DNA of 64,000 nt from Candidatus Bathyarchaeota archaeon (GTDB lineage: Archaea; Thermoproteota; Bathyarchaeia; Bathyarchaeales; Bathycorpusculaceae): positions 1,184,001 through 1,248,000 of the forward strand of contig OY969706.1 of assembly GCA_963702095.1 (NCBI GenBank), in the 5' to 3' direction. Below, piece after piece: positions 1-10,726 of the stretch (the first letter of the stretch is position 1; the number at the start of each line of letters is the position of its first letter). A program made the translations under genes and the position numbers. The notes below the pieces were generated by a model that was given only the letters and a program-made list of their open reading frames with translations, did not search any database and had not been told where the DNA came from.

Positions 1-8
1 AAAGGGAA

Positions 9-1085
9 TTGGGGATTGAAATGATCCCAAAACATTGGGACATAACCCTTCCCGTTGACCTTATCCGGGCTGTCGCCATAGTTCTGGTTATTTTACTGCA
101 TGCATCCATCGAAGACTACCCCAACGTCGATTTGATGTCGCCTCAGGGCACACAGATCTGGGTAGCATCCAACATCTATGACTCCATAGCCCGCGTATGC
201 ATCCCCCTGTTTGTCATGCTGGCGGGTGCTCTTCTGCTGCAACCCAGCAAAGCCGACGAACCATTAGGCGTGTTTTTTAAAAAGCGGTTTGCGAGGATTG
301 GGGTTCCTTTTCTTTTTTGGGGCGCAATCTATTTCGTCTGGGGCTACTTCGTTGAAGGCTGGTCATTATCCGCCCAAACCATCGCCCAAGGTATACTAAA
401 TGGACCCTACTATCAATTCTGGTTCCTCTACCTGCTGCTTGGACTCTACATACTAACCCCCATCCTGCGTGTACTCATAAAACATGCGAAACCAAAAATC
501 ATCCGCTACCTCGTGGCGATATGGTTTTTGGGCACCGCCATACTTCCCCTCATCGGTTTGCTGGGACCCTACCAGCTAAACGCCAACGTCTTCATCTTCA
601 CGGGTTGGATAGGCTACTTCGTCTTGGGCGTATACCTGCTAAACGTGCATGTGCGTCGGTGGCTGCTCTACGTTGGCTTAGCAGGCGGCTTATTGTGGAC
701 GATGATAGGAACCTACCTCATCGTTGGTCACATGGGCGAAAAATACAGCCAATACTTCTACGACGCCTACACATTCAACATCATAGTAGCTTCAGAAGCC
801 CTGTTTTTGCTATTGCTCTCGGTTCCGACGCAGGCGCTTCAAAACCAAAGGCCCCGATTAAACCGCGCTGTAAAAGTTGTCAGCGCCAACACGTTGCCCA
901 TTTTTCTCTTCCACCCCATCGTGCTTGAAACCTTGCAGAACGGCTATTTGGGCGTAACAATCAGCATCACAACGCTAAATCCCTTCATAGAAATACCCTT
1001 GATCACCGCTTTGACCCTGCTCATCTGCCTTGCCGTGATTGTGCCACTTAAGAAAATTCCGGGCGTAAAACGAGTCATCGGTTAA
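9..1085 (+). CDS. Acyltransferase-3 family membrane protein (surface polysaccharide O-acyltransferase)
   Basis: DLIRAVAIVLVILLH, VPLF-like CIPLFVMLAGALLL, KKRFARI and FWFLY motifs; about 10 TM helices. Confidence 0.85.
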   Translation: MGIEMIPKHWDITLPVDLIRAVAIVLVILLHASIEDYPNVDLMSPQGTQIWVASNIYDSIARVCIPLFVMLAGALLLQPSKADEPLGVFFKKRFARIGVPFLFWGAIYFVWGYFVEGWSLSAQTIAQGILNGPYYQFWFLYLLLGLYILTPILRVLIKHAKPKIIRYLVAIWFLGTAILPLIGLLGPYQLNANVFIFTGWIGYFVLGVYLLNVHVRRWLLYVGLAGGLLWTMIGTYLIVGHMGEKYSQYFYDAYTFNIIVASEALFLLLLSVPTQALQNQRPRLNRAVKVVSANTLPIFLFHPIVLETLQNGYLGVTISITTLNPFIEIPLITALTLLICLAVIVPLKKIPGVKRVIG

Positions 1086-1264
1086 ATTTTGCATATAACT
1101 TTTTGACCAAAAAATATAATTTAGTCAGCCACCATAGGCTAGTTTGGGTTTTTGTTTTGTCTCATTCTGATTCTGCCATTCTTAAAAATCTCATGTTAAC
1201 TCTAAAAACTAAGTCGTTGACTTCCGAGAACCTCTTCAGAAGGGAAACCAAGGAGGTTGACGAC

Positions 1265-1594
1265 ATGTTCATGGATTTAATGAGTGTTTTCCAGCGGTAC
1301 TACGACCACGCCCCAGACAGAGACAAGCAGACGCTGCATAGCATCATGGACCTCGTCATCTTACTCTCGGAACAAGTACATTCGTCCCATCGCCAAGCAG
1401 AAAACGCCATAGCCGACTTCAAAACCTACATAACTGCGTTGGAAGGCAGCTACAAAAACGTGGACGGCGACTTCGAAAAAACAATCGCGGAACCCGCAGA
1501 GAAAGAAGCGGAAGTCAAAGATAAAGAGGAGGAGGAACGCGCTAAAGCTATCGAGGAATACACTAAACGGGCGCGTCCCAAATTCTACGAGTAA
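1265..1594 (+). CDS. Hypothetical coiled-coil protein
   Basis: ORF from ATG 1265 with upstream GGAGG; charged helical C-terminus. Confidence 0.55.
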   Translation: MFMDLMSVFQRYYDHAPDRDKQTLHSIMDLVILLSEQVHSSHRQAENAIADFKTYITALEGSYKNVDGDFEKTIAEPAEKEAEVKDKEEEERAKAIEEYTKRARPKFYE

Positions 1595-1595
1595 G

Positions 1596-2456
1596 CTATT
1601 TGCGCTCGATTAATTCAATGAGGGTTCCATCAGGGTCTTCGAGGAAAGCGATGGTTGTGTTCCTGTCGAATTTGGTTGGTTCGTCGCTGATTGTTACGCC
1701 TGCCTGTTTCATGGTGGCTACGGTTTTTTCTATGTCGCCTACTTCGAAGCCTAAGTGGTCAAAGAGGCGTTTCTCGTATTCGGGCTGCTGGAACTCTTTT
1801 TGGTCACGGTAAAATGTTAACTCAAGAATGCAGCCTCTGCCCTCTGGGTCTTGGAGAAAAACGATTTCTGCGTTGGTTGCTTTGATTTCATGTCGGCTCT
1901 TAACAACTAGACCGAAGAATTTACTGTAAAACTCGATGCTTCGTTGCATGTTGCTTGTGCGGATGCTGGCATGAACAAACACGCCGCCTCCACCAGCCTT
2001 TTCATTGGCGATTCTGCCATGAATACCAGTTTGCGGAGGCTTTGCTGCTTCTGCATCCAATGTTTTGTTCACCAATGCATCAGCCCTGCTAATCTGTGGG
2101 TGACTCCTAGGAACATTCACAAAACTTGCCTTCGTAAAGCAGCCCAACATGGCTTTGACTTGGTGGTTGAGCCCCTGCAGCACCTTGTCTTTTACGGCAT
2201 ATTGGCCGTTGAGTTGTTTAGCAACTAATTCACTGTCAAGGTGGCAGACGACTTCGGTGGCCTCCTGATCAACAGCAAATCTGAGCGCCAACAATAGCGC
2301 TTCGTATTCGGCTTGGTTGTTAGTGCGGTAACCTATGAAGTGGGCGTCTGTTTTTACGGTTACACCCCGCTCGTTTCTGGCAACGTAGGCGGCTGCGGCT
2401 GGTCCAGGGTTGCCTCTTGCGCCGCCGTCGGAGTAAATCAGCAGTTTTTGACCCAT
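1596..2456 (-). CDS. rnhA: RNase HI fused to C-terminal VOC/glyoxalase domain
   Basis: N-term DGGARGNPGPA, TNNQAEY, DSELV and ADALVN; C-term HASIRTSNMQRSIEFY...DHLGF...FLEDPDGTLIELIE. Confidence 0.85.
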   Translation of the reverse strand: MGQKLLIYSDGGARGNPGPAAAAYVARNERGVTVKTDAHFIGYRTNNQAEYEALLLALRFAVDQEATEVVCHLDSELVAKQLNGQYAVKDKVLQGLNHQVKAMLGCFTKASFVNVPRSHPQISRADALVNKTLDAEAAKPPQTGIHGRIANEKAGGGGVFVHASIRTSNMQRSIEFYSKFFGLVVKSRHEIKATNAEIVFLQDPEGRGCILELTFYRDQKEFQQPEYEKRLFDHLGFEVGDIEKTVATMKQAGVTISDEPTKFDRNTTIAFLEDPDGTLIELIERK

Positions 2457-2579
2457 TTGCTCTTCACTGTCTTGTTTAACTATTAATTGATTATTTAAAG
2501 CGTTAACCACCCAGCGTTGTTTGGGTTGTATGTTACTGTTAATGTACAGTCACATTCGTTTAAGAGCTAAAATGCCCTA

Positions 2580-2948
2580 GTGGAAATTAAAATGGGGAAT
2601 GTTTGGTTGACGAGCTCCGCCGCAGGAACCGCCAAGCTCAATAGGCGTGAATTGCAGTTTGCGTTGCTTAAACATGACCGCGAACGCAATAACCTCAAAG
2701 GGTCCAGACGCGGCAAACTCGACATCATCGCAGAGATCCTTTTGTTCTGTGAGCAACAGAAAACTAAAACCAGCATAATGTACAACGCCAACCTTAACTA
2801 TTCGCAGCTTAAAACTCACATGGACTCGCTGAACTCTCAGGGTTTACTTGCCAAACGAGTCAACAAGTACTCCACGACCGAGAAGGGGCACCTTTTTCTA
2901 GAGTTGTTTGCTCAACTCAACGATTTACTTGCCGAGTCTAAGCCTTAA
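2580..2948 (+). CDS. Winged-helix transcriptional regulator (ArnR1-like/HTH_45)
   Basis: RRGKLDIIAEIL...KTSIMYNANLNY...TEKG; start position uncertain. Confidence 0.8.
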   Translation: MEIKMGNVWLTSSAAGTAKLNRRELQFALLKHDRERNNLKGSRRGKLDIIAEILLFCEQQKTKTSIMYNANLNYSQLKTHMDSLNSQGLLAKRVNKYSTTEKGHLFLELFAQLNDLLAESKP

Positions 2949-2986
2949 TCGCCGTGTTCCGGCGATGCTGCATTTAAGAACACATT

Positions 2987-3163
2987 TTATTGCCTTCTAA
3001 CTTTATTGTTTAGTTCAAAATCTTTATCTTTTTTCAAATAAGCGATACAGTATTCAATTGCATGGCTAATTGAAGCGAACGTTCTCTCCTCAGAGTCAAC
3101 TTCGTTCTTGAGCCAATCATAGAGTTCTTGGTCTATGCTGATTGCTATTTTCTTCTTTGTCAT
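2987..3163 (-). CDS. Ribbon-helix-helix protein (58 aa, absent from ORF track)
   Basis: Manual translation MTKKKIAISIDQELYDWLKNEVDSEERTFASISHAIEYCIAYLKK...; typical RHH pattern. Confidence 0.75.
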   Translation of the reverse strand: MTKKKIAISIDQELYDWLKNEVDSEERTFASISHAIEYCIAYLKKDKDFELNNKVRRQ

Positions 3164-3358
3164 CCCACGATCGCTACAATATCTTGAGTGACTGCACTTA
3201 AATGTTTACGTCGCAGGCGGCATTCGTAGGTATGACTTGGTATCGCTTGGCATTGATAAGAGTTAAATAATCATACTCAGTAAAAACTATCATAACTTAG
3301 TAGTACTACATCTGATTGAGCAGTAGTATGAAAAAGGAAAAGACTGGGGAGCATAAAA

Positions 3359-4968
3359 ATGAGTGAACGTACACAAAAAAATGGTTCATATCTAAATGGG
3401 AAATCAACCGTAGGAACAAACACACGAGTTAAAGACACAAGCACTATCAGTGGTATGTGTCCCATCTGCATCCGCGACTGTCCCGTGGTTTGCGAAATCA
3501 GCCTATCTGCTTTTAGAGGAAGAGAAGCACTCTATCCTGAACCGGCACAATTTGGAACAAGCACCGCAGGAGCCCTCAAGAATTTCGGGTTAGACTGGTC
3601 ACATTTCAACATACAAGCCGGACTTTTGGAAGCCCAAGGCATACCCGAAACCTCAGAAGACGCCATATTCCCAAATGCAAACACAGAAACAGTGGTAGGC
3701 GGGGTTCCACTTAAACTGCCAATCCTAACCGGCGCTTTCGGCTCAACAGAAGTAGCGCGTGTAAACTGGGATGGATTAGCGATTGGAGCAGCACTCGCAG
3801 GGGTCTCAGTGATAATAGGTGAAAACATTGCAGGTATGGACGTCGCAGCTACATGTACAAACGGAAAAGTAACCCATTCACCGGAGCTTAAACGAAGGGT
3901 TGATTCTTTTAGAAAATTCTGGGATAAAAAATATGGCGAGGTCATCGTGCAGACAAACGTCGAAGACCAAAGACTGGGCATAGACACATATGCGCTGTCA
4001 AAACTGGAAGTAAACGTGATTGAGCGTAAATGGGGTCAAGGCGCCAAAGCCATAGGTGGAGAAGTACGCCTAAAAGACATACAGAAAGCCATCCTACTCA
4101 AAAAACGCGGTTACATAGTGATCCCTGACCCAGAGGACCCTGTAGTTCAGCAGGCGTTTCGCGACGGCGTCTTTAACACCTTTGAGCGTCACAGCAGAGT
4201 CGGTATACCCAAAGAGAAGCCCTTCATAGAAGACATCGAGTGGCTACGTAAACAGGGCGCTAAAAAAGTGTTCCTAAAAACAGGCGCCTACAGGCCCTCA
4301 GCAGTTGCGTATACCATGAAATTTGCTTCTGAAGCAAAGATAGATGCGTTAAGCTTCGATGGTGCAGGCGGAGGAACAGGCATGAGCCCAGTACCCATGA
4401 TGGATGAAATGAGCATCCCAACATTGTATTTACAAGCACTGGTACTGCAATGCGCACAGATACTCAAAAGCAAAGGAAAATACGTTCCGGACTTAATTAT
4501 GGCCGGCGGCTTCATAGAAGAAACCAGCATATTCAAAACCATCGCAATGAGCAACTTTGGAAACGGCCCCTTGTCAAAGCAGTCTTGATGGGACGCTCAC
4601 CGCTTACAGCCGCTATGAAATCAAGCTATTTCAAACAACTCGCAGCCGAAGGCAAGTTACCGAGTAGTTTTGCCGCTAAATATGGTGCAACACCTGAGAA
4701 ATTCTTCATTGCCACACCAGAACTTAAAGCAAAGTACGGTCAACGTTTCAGTGAAATCCCCTTGGAAAGCATTGGCGTTTATACGTACTTGACGGACAGA
4801 ATTGGTGTGGGCTTGAAACAGTTAATGGCTGGCAATCGGAAATGGAACCTTAACTTGTTAAACCGGGGCGACCTCATGAGTTTAAGCAGCATTGCCCAAC
4901 AGGTAACAGGTATTCCACTAGCGCATGAAGTCGAAAACGACGCAGTCAAGGCAATTCTTGACTACTAA
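3359..4968 (+). CDS. FMN-binding glutamate synthase family protein, frameshifted near 4570
   Basis: CxxCxxxC, KWGQGAK-GGE and DGAGGGTGMSP motifs; the frame continues in ORF 4450-4968 after a missing C in ggcccc. Confidence 0.85.
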
Positions 4969-5022
4969 ATTCACCTTCCTCTTTCATTTTTTTAAAAGGG
5001 GTAAGCGGGAGGAGTTTGTGTT

Positions 5023-5250
5023 ATGCCCAAAGCGTTTGTGTTAGTGAATACAGAGACCGGGTTTGAATCCGACGTTCTACGAGAATTAAAAACGATCGAG
5101 AGCATAGAAGAAGCCATAATAGTTTATGGAACATACGATATAGTGTTGCGCATAGCGTGTGCTTCGATGGATGAGCTTAAGCAAACAATCGCTTGGCAAA
5201 TAAGAAAAAGGGCTAAAATTACAGCAACTCAAACCATGATATTGCCATAG
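5023..5250 (+). CDS. Stand-alone Lrp/AsnC ligand-binding (RAM) domain protein
   Basis: AFVLVNTETG...VYGTYDIV...TQTMI. Confidence 0.85.
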   Translation: MPKAFVLVNTETGFESDVLRELKTIESIEEAIIVYGTYDIVLRIACASMDELKQTIAWQIRKRAKITATQTMILP

Positions 5251-5299
5251 GCTTATTGGAAAAGCGAGTGATAAAAAAATAGAAAAGGGTTCGGCGAAG

Positions 5300-6580
5300 C
5301 TATTTTTTAAGCAGCTCCATCAGCCTCGGCATCAACTCGTACCCATGCGCCAGAGTTCCCAAACTGCCGTTGGCACAGTTTTTCTCCGAGAACTTGCCGT
5401 CTTTACCGTCGCCTGCTACTTTGCCGCCTGAAATCAAAAGCGCCACCGGCGTGTCACTGTGCACTTTAAGCTCGCAGGGCGTCGCGTGGTCAGAGGTGAC
5501 GCAGATTAAGGTGTCTTTGAGCGAAATCTGCTTTAGCAAGGGTCCGAAGAAGTATTTGTCGATGGCTGCGATTATTTCGGTTTTTAGTTTGTAGTTGCCG
5601 TCGTGGCCGGGTTCGTCGGGGCCTTTGAGGTGTATGTAGAAGCAGTCGTGCTGTGGCAACGCTTCTTGGAGTGCTTTGACACGGTATTCCATGTCAGCCT
5701 GCAGGTTGCCTGAAGGGGGCGGAAGAAGCGAGGAATCCATGCCTGCCAACTGTGCTATGCCGCGTTCTGTGTGCATGTCGGCTAGGCAGGCGAAGTCGAC
5801 GTGGTAGTGTTGGTTGATGTTGAAGAATTTCGGCAGCAAATGACCGGCGTCACGGGTTAAGACGACGTTGGCTTTGAGTTTGCCTTCTTCGGCACGTTTT
5901 ATATTGATTGGGTGGTTTTCCAATAGCGCATGCGACTTCTCGATGAACTCGTTAACTAACCCCGCTGAGACTTTAGCGGCTTCAGTGTCGTCCATGGGCT
6001 CGCAGGTTTTCAGAACCATTTCGGGGTTGGCTTGTGCAACGCCTAATCCGTTGATTATGGCGTATGCGGGGTCACTGTTGGTTATGCTGCTTGAGAGGGG
6101 TTTATCTTTGCTTCTGATAAGCAGCACGGCTCGGTGTCCCAAGGTGTTTTTGAATTCAAACGTTGCCGGATAAGAGGTTAACTTGACTTCTTGGTTGACG
6201 GCTTCTGCGAGTTCCGTGGCTTCCTTTGTTGTCAGGTTGCGTCCAACTCGGCGGTCGATGATCTGTTTGCCTTCGCCTAAAGTTGCAAAGTTGCATCTTA
6301 GCGCCAAATCGCCGTCTTTCATCTTTAAGCCTATGCCGGCAGCTTCAGTGACGCCTCTGCCTGTACTGTACTTGAAGGGGTCATAGCCTAACAGTGAAAT
6401 CACCGCTACGTCGCTTTCAGGCGCGACACCCTTCCCCACAGTGTACATTAAACCGGTTTGTCCAGCTTCAACTAAACAATCCATGTTAGGGGTTTTTGCT
6501 GCTTCAAGGGGTGTTTTGTTGCCTAACGCTTTAATCGGCAAATCGCCCATGCCGTCGATGGCAATAAAGAGTAGTTTCAA
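5300..6580 (-). CDS. apgM: Archaeal cofactor-independent phosphoglycerate mutase
   Basis: IDGMGD, TPLEAAKTPNMD, PESDVA, HLKGPDEPGHDG and SDHATP. Confidence 0.92.
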   Translation of the reverse strand: MKLLFIAIDGMGDLPIKALGNKTPLEAAKTPNMDCLVEAGQTGLMYTVGKGVAPESDVAVISLLGYDPFKYSTGRGVTEAAGIGLKMKDGDLALRCNFATLGEGKQIIDRRVGRNLTTKEATELAEAVNQEVKLTSYPATFEFKNTLGHRAVLLIRSKDKPLSSSITNSDPAYAIINGLGVAQANPEMVLKTCEPMDDTEAAKVSAGLVNEFIEKSHALLENHPINIKRAEEGKLKANVVLTRDAGHLLPKFFNINQHYHVDFACLADMHTERGIAQLAGMDSSLLPPPSGNLQADMEYRVKALQEALPQHDCFYIHLKGPDEPGHDGNYKLKTEIIAAIDKYFFGPLLKQISLKDTLICVTSDHATPCELKVHSDTPVALLISGGKVAGDGKDGKFSEKNCANGSLGTLAHGYELMPRLMELLKK

Positions 6581-6626
6581 CCTTTTTTCCTCTTCAGCTA
6601 TGGCTATCTTGCTTAATCTTATAAAA

Positions 6627-7571
6627 CTATGTTTTTAGGGACAGAAGCGTTCGAATCGCCTTCTGCGTCTCCTGCGGCGCCCCAATTGTGTTTACCAAGT
6701 ATGTATCGCTTTTTTTGAAGAGCTTCTGGAAAAAGTTGGTGCGTAAAGCCAGTTTTCGGTCGTTCCGTACGAGTTGATGGGGGTTGCAGAAGTTATGTTC
6801 CAGCATATATTGCAAAGCGTCGTCCACAGTCAACGAAGTTACTGCCCGCGCATCTGCGGGGTCACGTTTCAGCAGTATTATTTTGTGTATGGTTGCCATG
6901 GGAATTACGCCGCCGCTGCCAACAATCCACCGCACATTCACAACTGCCCTGCCCCGCGCATCAAACTGCGCCTTATCCACCAACTGCTCATACTCGTTCC
7001 AGATTTTGCCTATGTCAGCTTGGATGTAAGTGTTTTTCTCAGAGCTAAACGCCAAAGGTTCACGGGTGCTTAAGCGTACAAAGTACCAGTCGTCGCTGAC
7101 TAGCCGAGCCGTTGGAATCCGCAGCAAACCCCAGGAATGGGTTGTTTTTCCTGTGCCTGAAGGGGCAATGATGGATATGCCGAGGCAGTTGATGTCTATG
7201 CATGCGCCGTGGACATGGTAAATGTGGTGTGCATCTTCTAAGATGTCTCCTGCAATGGCTAAGGCTATGCTTTTTATCCAGCCATAATAGTCGACGTTGA
7301 ATAGGAAGGCGGTTTTTGTGTAGGGGTCGTATTTTATGGTCATGGGTTGGTTGGGTTGGGTGAGGACGATGAGGCGTCCGTGGCTGCGGTTGTTTTCGTT
7401 TGCAGTGTAAAAGTTGTCTTCCCATAGGTCCTTGATTCTGGGGGAGTCTGTTAGGATTTTTATGCAGCAACCGTAGATTTCGGCTTTGTTGGTATAGAGC
7501 AAATCAGCTTTATATTTCTCGAATAAAGCATCTTTTTGGACCGGGTCGATTAGCTCTACTGTGTAGCTCAA
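6627..7571 (-). CDS. HPr kinase/PEPCK-like P-loop protein
   Basis: HGAC, Walker A APSGTGKTT and SDDW. Confidence 0.75.
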   Translation of the reverse strand: MSYTVELIDPVQKDALFEKYKADLLYTNKAEIYGCCIKILTDSPRIKDLWEDNFYTANENNRSHGRLIVLTQPNQPMTIKYDPYTKTAFLFNVDYYGWIKSIALAIAGDILEDAHHIYHVHGACIDINCLGISIIAPSGTGKTTHSWGLLRIPTARLVSDDWYFVRLSTREPLAFSSEKNTYIQADIGKIWNEYEQLVDKAQFDARGRAVVNVRWIVGSGGVIPMATIHKIILLKRDPADARAVTSLTVDDALQYMLEHNFCNPHQLVRNDRKLALRTNFFQKLFKKSDTYLVNTIGAPQETQKAIRTLLSLKT

Positions 7572-7642
7572 GTTTTCCTCTCCAAAATTACTTGTTTAAT
7601 TATACTAAGGACGCGGATAAGCCTTTCTAACTTGGGCACTCG

Positions 7643-9100
7643 CTAACCTTTGAGTGTAGCAATAAAGCCGTTGATGACATCTCTTATGGATTCGATAAGT
7701 GGATGCTGAATCTGGTCGGGGCTGACTTTTTCTAGGCGGTCCACCCGGAAGTAAATCGGCGGGTGCGGGTCCAGTCCCAGCCACTCTTGAACCCGGTAGG
7801 AGGGGGTGCGTTCGTAGAGTAAGCGTTGGAAACCGATTTTTTCCAGTGACCCCGCCAAAACCAGCGGGTTACCCACCACCTTGGCGGAGACTAAGTCGGC
7901 TCTTGCTTCGAAGAATTTGGCTATGAAAAATATCAACACCATCACAGCCCAGAAGTATGCAAAGAATAGAAAGGAGGAGAAGATCAGGGGGAACAGTTGG
8001 AAGAGGACGTAGAAGCGGAAGAGGAATTCAGCTGAAACTAACCCGTAGAGGATCAAGGGGTCTCGGCCTCGCAAGTGACCGAACTCGTGTCCCAGAACCC
8101 CCATTAATTCGTCTTCGTTTAGTTGTGCCATTATGCCTGTGGTTATGAGGACTAATCCCCGTTTGGGGCTGGGTCCAGAGGCTGCCGCGTTGGGAACCAT
8201 GGTGTTGGAAACCACTATTTCAGGCATGGGAAAACGGAAGCGGTCAGCGATGTTTTTGACTAACTCGTAAATGTTGACTTTTCTGGCTTTGAGGTTTTGA
8301 AGTTCACAGGGGACGCCGTATTTTGAGAAAACCTGTTGGGCTGAGTTAACGTCAACCTCGCCTTTTTTGGCGATGATTTCCTCGTAGATTTCTTTTTTTA
8401 TGGCGATGAGGGTTTCTCGGGGGTAAGTTTTGTTGAAATCGTTTTTTTCGTTTACCGGTAAGTAGAATTCGAGGAAGTGTATGATGGGGTTTTCTTTGGT
8501 TATGTGCCAGTCGGCGCTGCGTGCAATGAACCGGTTAGAGTAAAAGACAAAGATGAATTGTATGCCTATTAGAATTAGGGGGGCAATCCAGAACCCTGGT
8601 GGGTAAGCAGAGGATATGGTTATAAAAATGAGCATGCCGAAGACGATGAAGACTACGAAGAATAGAATCTGGGTCTCCAAAAAGAGGCGGTTAAATGACT
8701 TCGCTGGTTTAGTATAAGCTTCAGGGACGATTTCTTCGCCTTCCCGCCAAGCAAAGAATACAGTGGCGTTTTTGCTGTTTGCTGAGAAGATTTGTGTGGC
8801 TATTAGGATATCTTGTTTTGCTTCATCCACCGAAGTGCGTGATGCGGCGGAACTGACTGGAACGATTTTTAATTCGAATGGGCTGCCGCTTTTTACTTCT
8901 ACGTTTAGAAGGTGGTTGCCCGCTGAATTTACAATGGTGTAGGTTAGTTTTTCGCCAAGAACCGTTGATTCCCTGACGATGTCGATGAACCGCTGTTTCT
9001 GTGGGAGAATGTATTGGGTGTATATGAAATCGAATAGTTTCTGGTGGTAACTGGGTGGAACTTCAGGGGTAATTCTGAAAGTAAAAGAATTCGCCAACAT
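7643..9100 (-). CDS. htpX: M48 (HtpX-like) membrane zinc metalloprotease with N-terminal extension
   Basis: PNAAASG, HEFGH, EARAD and HPP. Confidence 0.85.
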   Translation of the reverse strand: MLANSFTFRITPEVPPSYHQKLFDFIYTQYILPQKQRFIDIVRESTVLGEKLTYTIVNSAGNHLLNVEVKSGSPFELKIVPVSSAASRTSVDEAKQDILIATQIFSANSKNATVFFAWREGEEIVPEAYTKPAKSFNRLFLETQILFFVVFIVFGMLIFITISSAYPPGFWIAPLILIGIQFIFVFYSNRFIARSADWHITKENPIIHFLEFYLPVNEKNDFNKTYPRETLIAIKKEIYEEIIAKKGEVDVNSAQQVFSKYGVPCELQNLKARKVNIYELVKNIADRFRFPMPEIVVSNTMVPNAAASGPSPKRGLVLITTGIMAQLNEDELMGVLGHEFGHLRGRDPLILYGLVSAEFLFRFYVLFQLFPLIFSSFLFFAYFWAVMVLIFFIAKFFEARADLVSAKVVGNPLVLAGSLEKIGFQRLLYERTPSYRVQEWLGLDPHPPIYFRVDRLEKVSPDQIQHPLIESIRDVINGFIATLKG

Positions 9101-9219
9101 TATAAAAAGTCAAAACCTACATTAAACCATCTTTTTCTGAGTTTATATCTCTATTGAAGTCATATCGCCTAGTGGTTTGGAGTTTTGGCGGCACATCGTA
9201 GGAGTTATGTGGATGCCGG

Positions 9220-9250
9220 CTTAGGGGAGATACTGTTAAGTTAAGTTACC
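9220..9250 (+). repeat. Left target-site duplication (9220-9228) plus left TIR (9229-9250)
   Basis: cttagggga|gatactgttaagttaagttacc. Confidence 0.93.
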
Positions 9251-9343
9251 TGAGGGGAAACTTATTGTTGATTTTAAATCTATCTTGTGTTTTCATAAAG
9301 GCAATATCTCGAATAGACTGTTTTTCTTTCAAGGGATAAAAAA

Positions 9344-10726
9344 ATGGCTGTCCCATATTTCAACACTAACACAATCTACTGTGGCGATAACGAAATAGTT
9401 CTCTCAAAATTTCCAGATGCAAGTGTTGATCTGATTTATGCTGACCCGCCATTCTTTTCTAACCAACAATATGAGATTATTTGGGGAGACGGTTACGAGA
9501 TTAGAGCTTTTGAAGACCGATGGAAAGGTGGAATAAACAATTATGTTGAATGGATGGTTCCAAAACTAGAGCAATGTCATAGAGTTCTGAAGACCTCAGG
9601 CTCTTTGTATTTACATTGTGACTGGCACGCAGGACATTACCTGAAGATACTTTTAGACCGCATTTTTGGGGAAAAACGATTAGTAAATGATATAATATGG
9701 AAACGTACAGCCGCGCATAGCGGCGAAGGAATAATCAAGAAGTATGGAACAATTCACGATAATATTTTGTTCTACACTAAAAGCGAAAAATACACATTTA
9801 ATCCTCAATATATGCCTTACGAACAAAAATACTTAGATAAATTTTACAACCATAAGGATGCAGATGGAAGAGTATGGCTTTCTCGTGATTTAACTGCTGC
9901 TGGGACTAGAAATGGTGAGTCAGGTAAACCTTGGAAGGGCATCGATGTAACAATGAAAGGTGTCCACTGGAAATATAGAGTATCAAAACTTGATGAATTA
10001 GAAAAGGAAGGCCGAATTTTTTTCCCAAAAAAAGCTGGAGGCATGCCAAGATATAAACAATATTTAGACGAAGCAAAAGGCATTTTACTTCAAGATATAT
10101 GGACTGATGTACCCGTTTTATCCTCTCATGCAAAAGAACGTCTAGGATACCCCACGCAAAAACCTGAGAGTCTCCTTGAAAGGATTATTAACACATCCTC
10201 AAATCCGATGGACATAGTTCTCGACCCTTTTTGCGGATGTGGAACAGCTATATCGATGGCACATAAAAAAGGGCGACGATGGGTGGGTATAGATATTTCA
10301 CCTACAGCTTGTGATTTGATGGAAAGACGAATGCGGAAACTTCACATATCACCAAACATGATGGGTATGCCACTAACAGAGGATGACCTGCGCAAGATAG
10401 CGGCTTTTGAGTTTCAGAATTGGGTCGTTAAAAGGCTCTATGGAAGAGTTACCGCAAGAAAAAGCGGTGACATGGGCATCGATGGGACAACATTTGAAGG
10501 AATCCCTATCCAAGTTAAGCAATCAGAGGACATTGGGAGAAACGTAATCGATAATTTTGAGACCGCACTGAGACGAAAAAAGAAAACAAAAGGTATAGTT
10601 GTTGCATTTAGTTTTGGGCGTGGTGCCTATGAAGAAATAGCTAGAGCTAAACTCAACGATAACTTAGATATTAAAGCTCTTTCTATCAAGGACTTGATAA
10701 AAAAGCAAGAGCAACAGCTTATTTGA
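9344..10726 (+). CDS. Beta-class N6A/N4C DNA methyltransferase fused to C-terminal Mrr-like PD-(D/E)xK nuclease domain
   Basis: DPPF, YPTQKP and LDPFCGCGT; C-term FEFQNW...DMGIDG...IQVKQ. Confidence 0.88.
   Translation: MAVPYFNTNTIYCGDNEIVLSKFPDASVDLIYADPPFFSNQQYEIIWGDGYEIRAFEDRWKGGINNYVEWMVPKLEQCHRVLKTSGSLYLHCDWHAGHYLKILLDRIFGEKRLVNDIIWKRTAAHSGEGIIKKYGTIHDNILFYTKSEKYTFNPQYMPYEQKYLDKFYNHKDADGRVWLSRDLTAAGTRNGESGKPWKGIDVTMKGVHWKYRVSKLDELEKEGRIFFPKKAGGMPRYKQYLDEAKGILLQDIWTDVPVLSSHAKERLGYPTQKPESLLERIINTSSNPMDIVLDPFCGCGTAISMAHKKGRRWVGIDISPTACDLMERRMRKLHISPNMMGMPLTEDDLRKIAAFEFQNWVVKRLYGRVTARKSGDMGIDGTTFEGIPIQVKQSEDIGRNVIDNFETALRRKKKTKGIVVAFSFGRGAYEEIARAKLNDNLDIKALSIKDLIKKQEQQLI

Noticed and set aside
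4560-4590. Programmed frameshift in the glutamate-synthase-like gene
   Set aside because: A single missing C in a C-run with no slippery heptamer; more likely a sequencing error.
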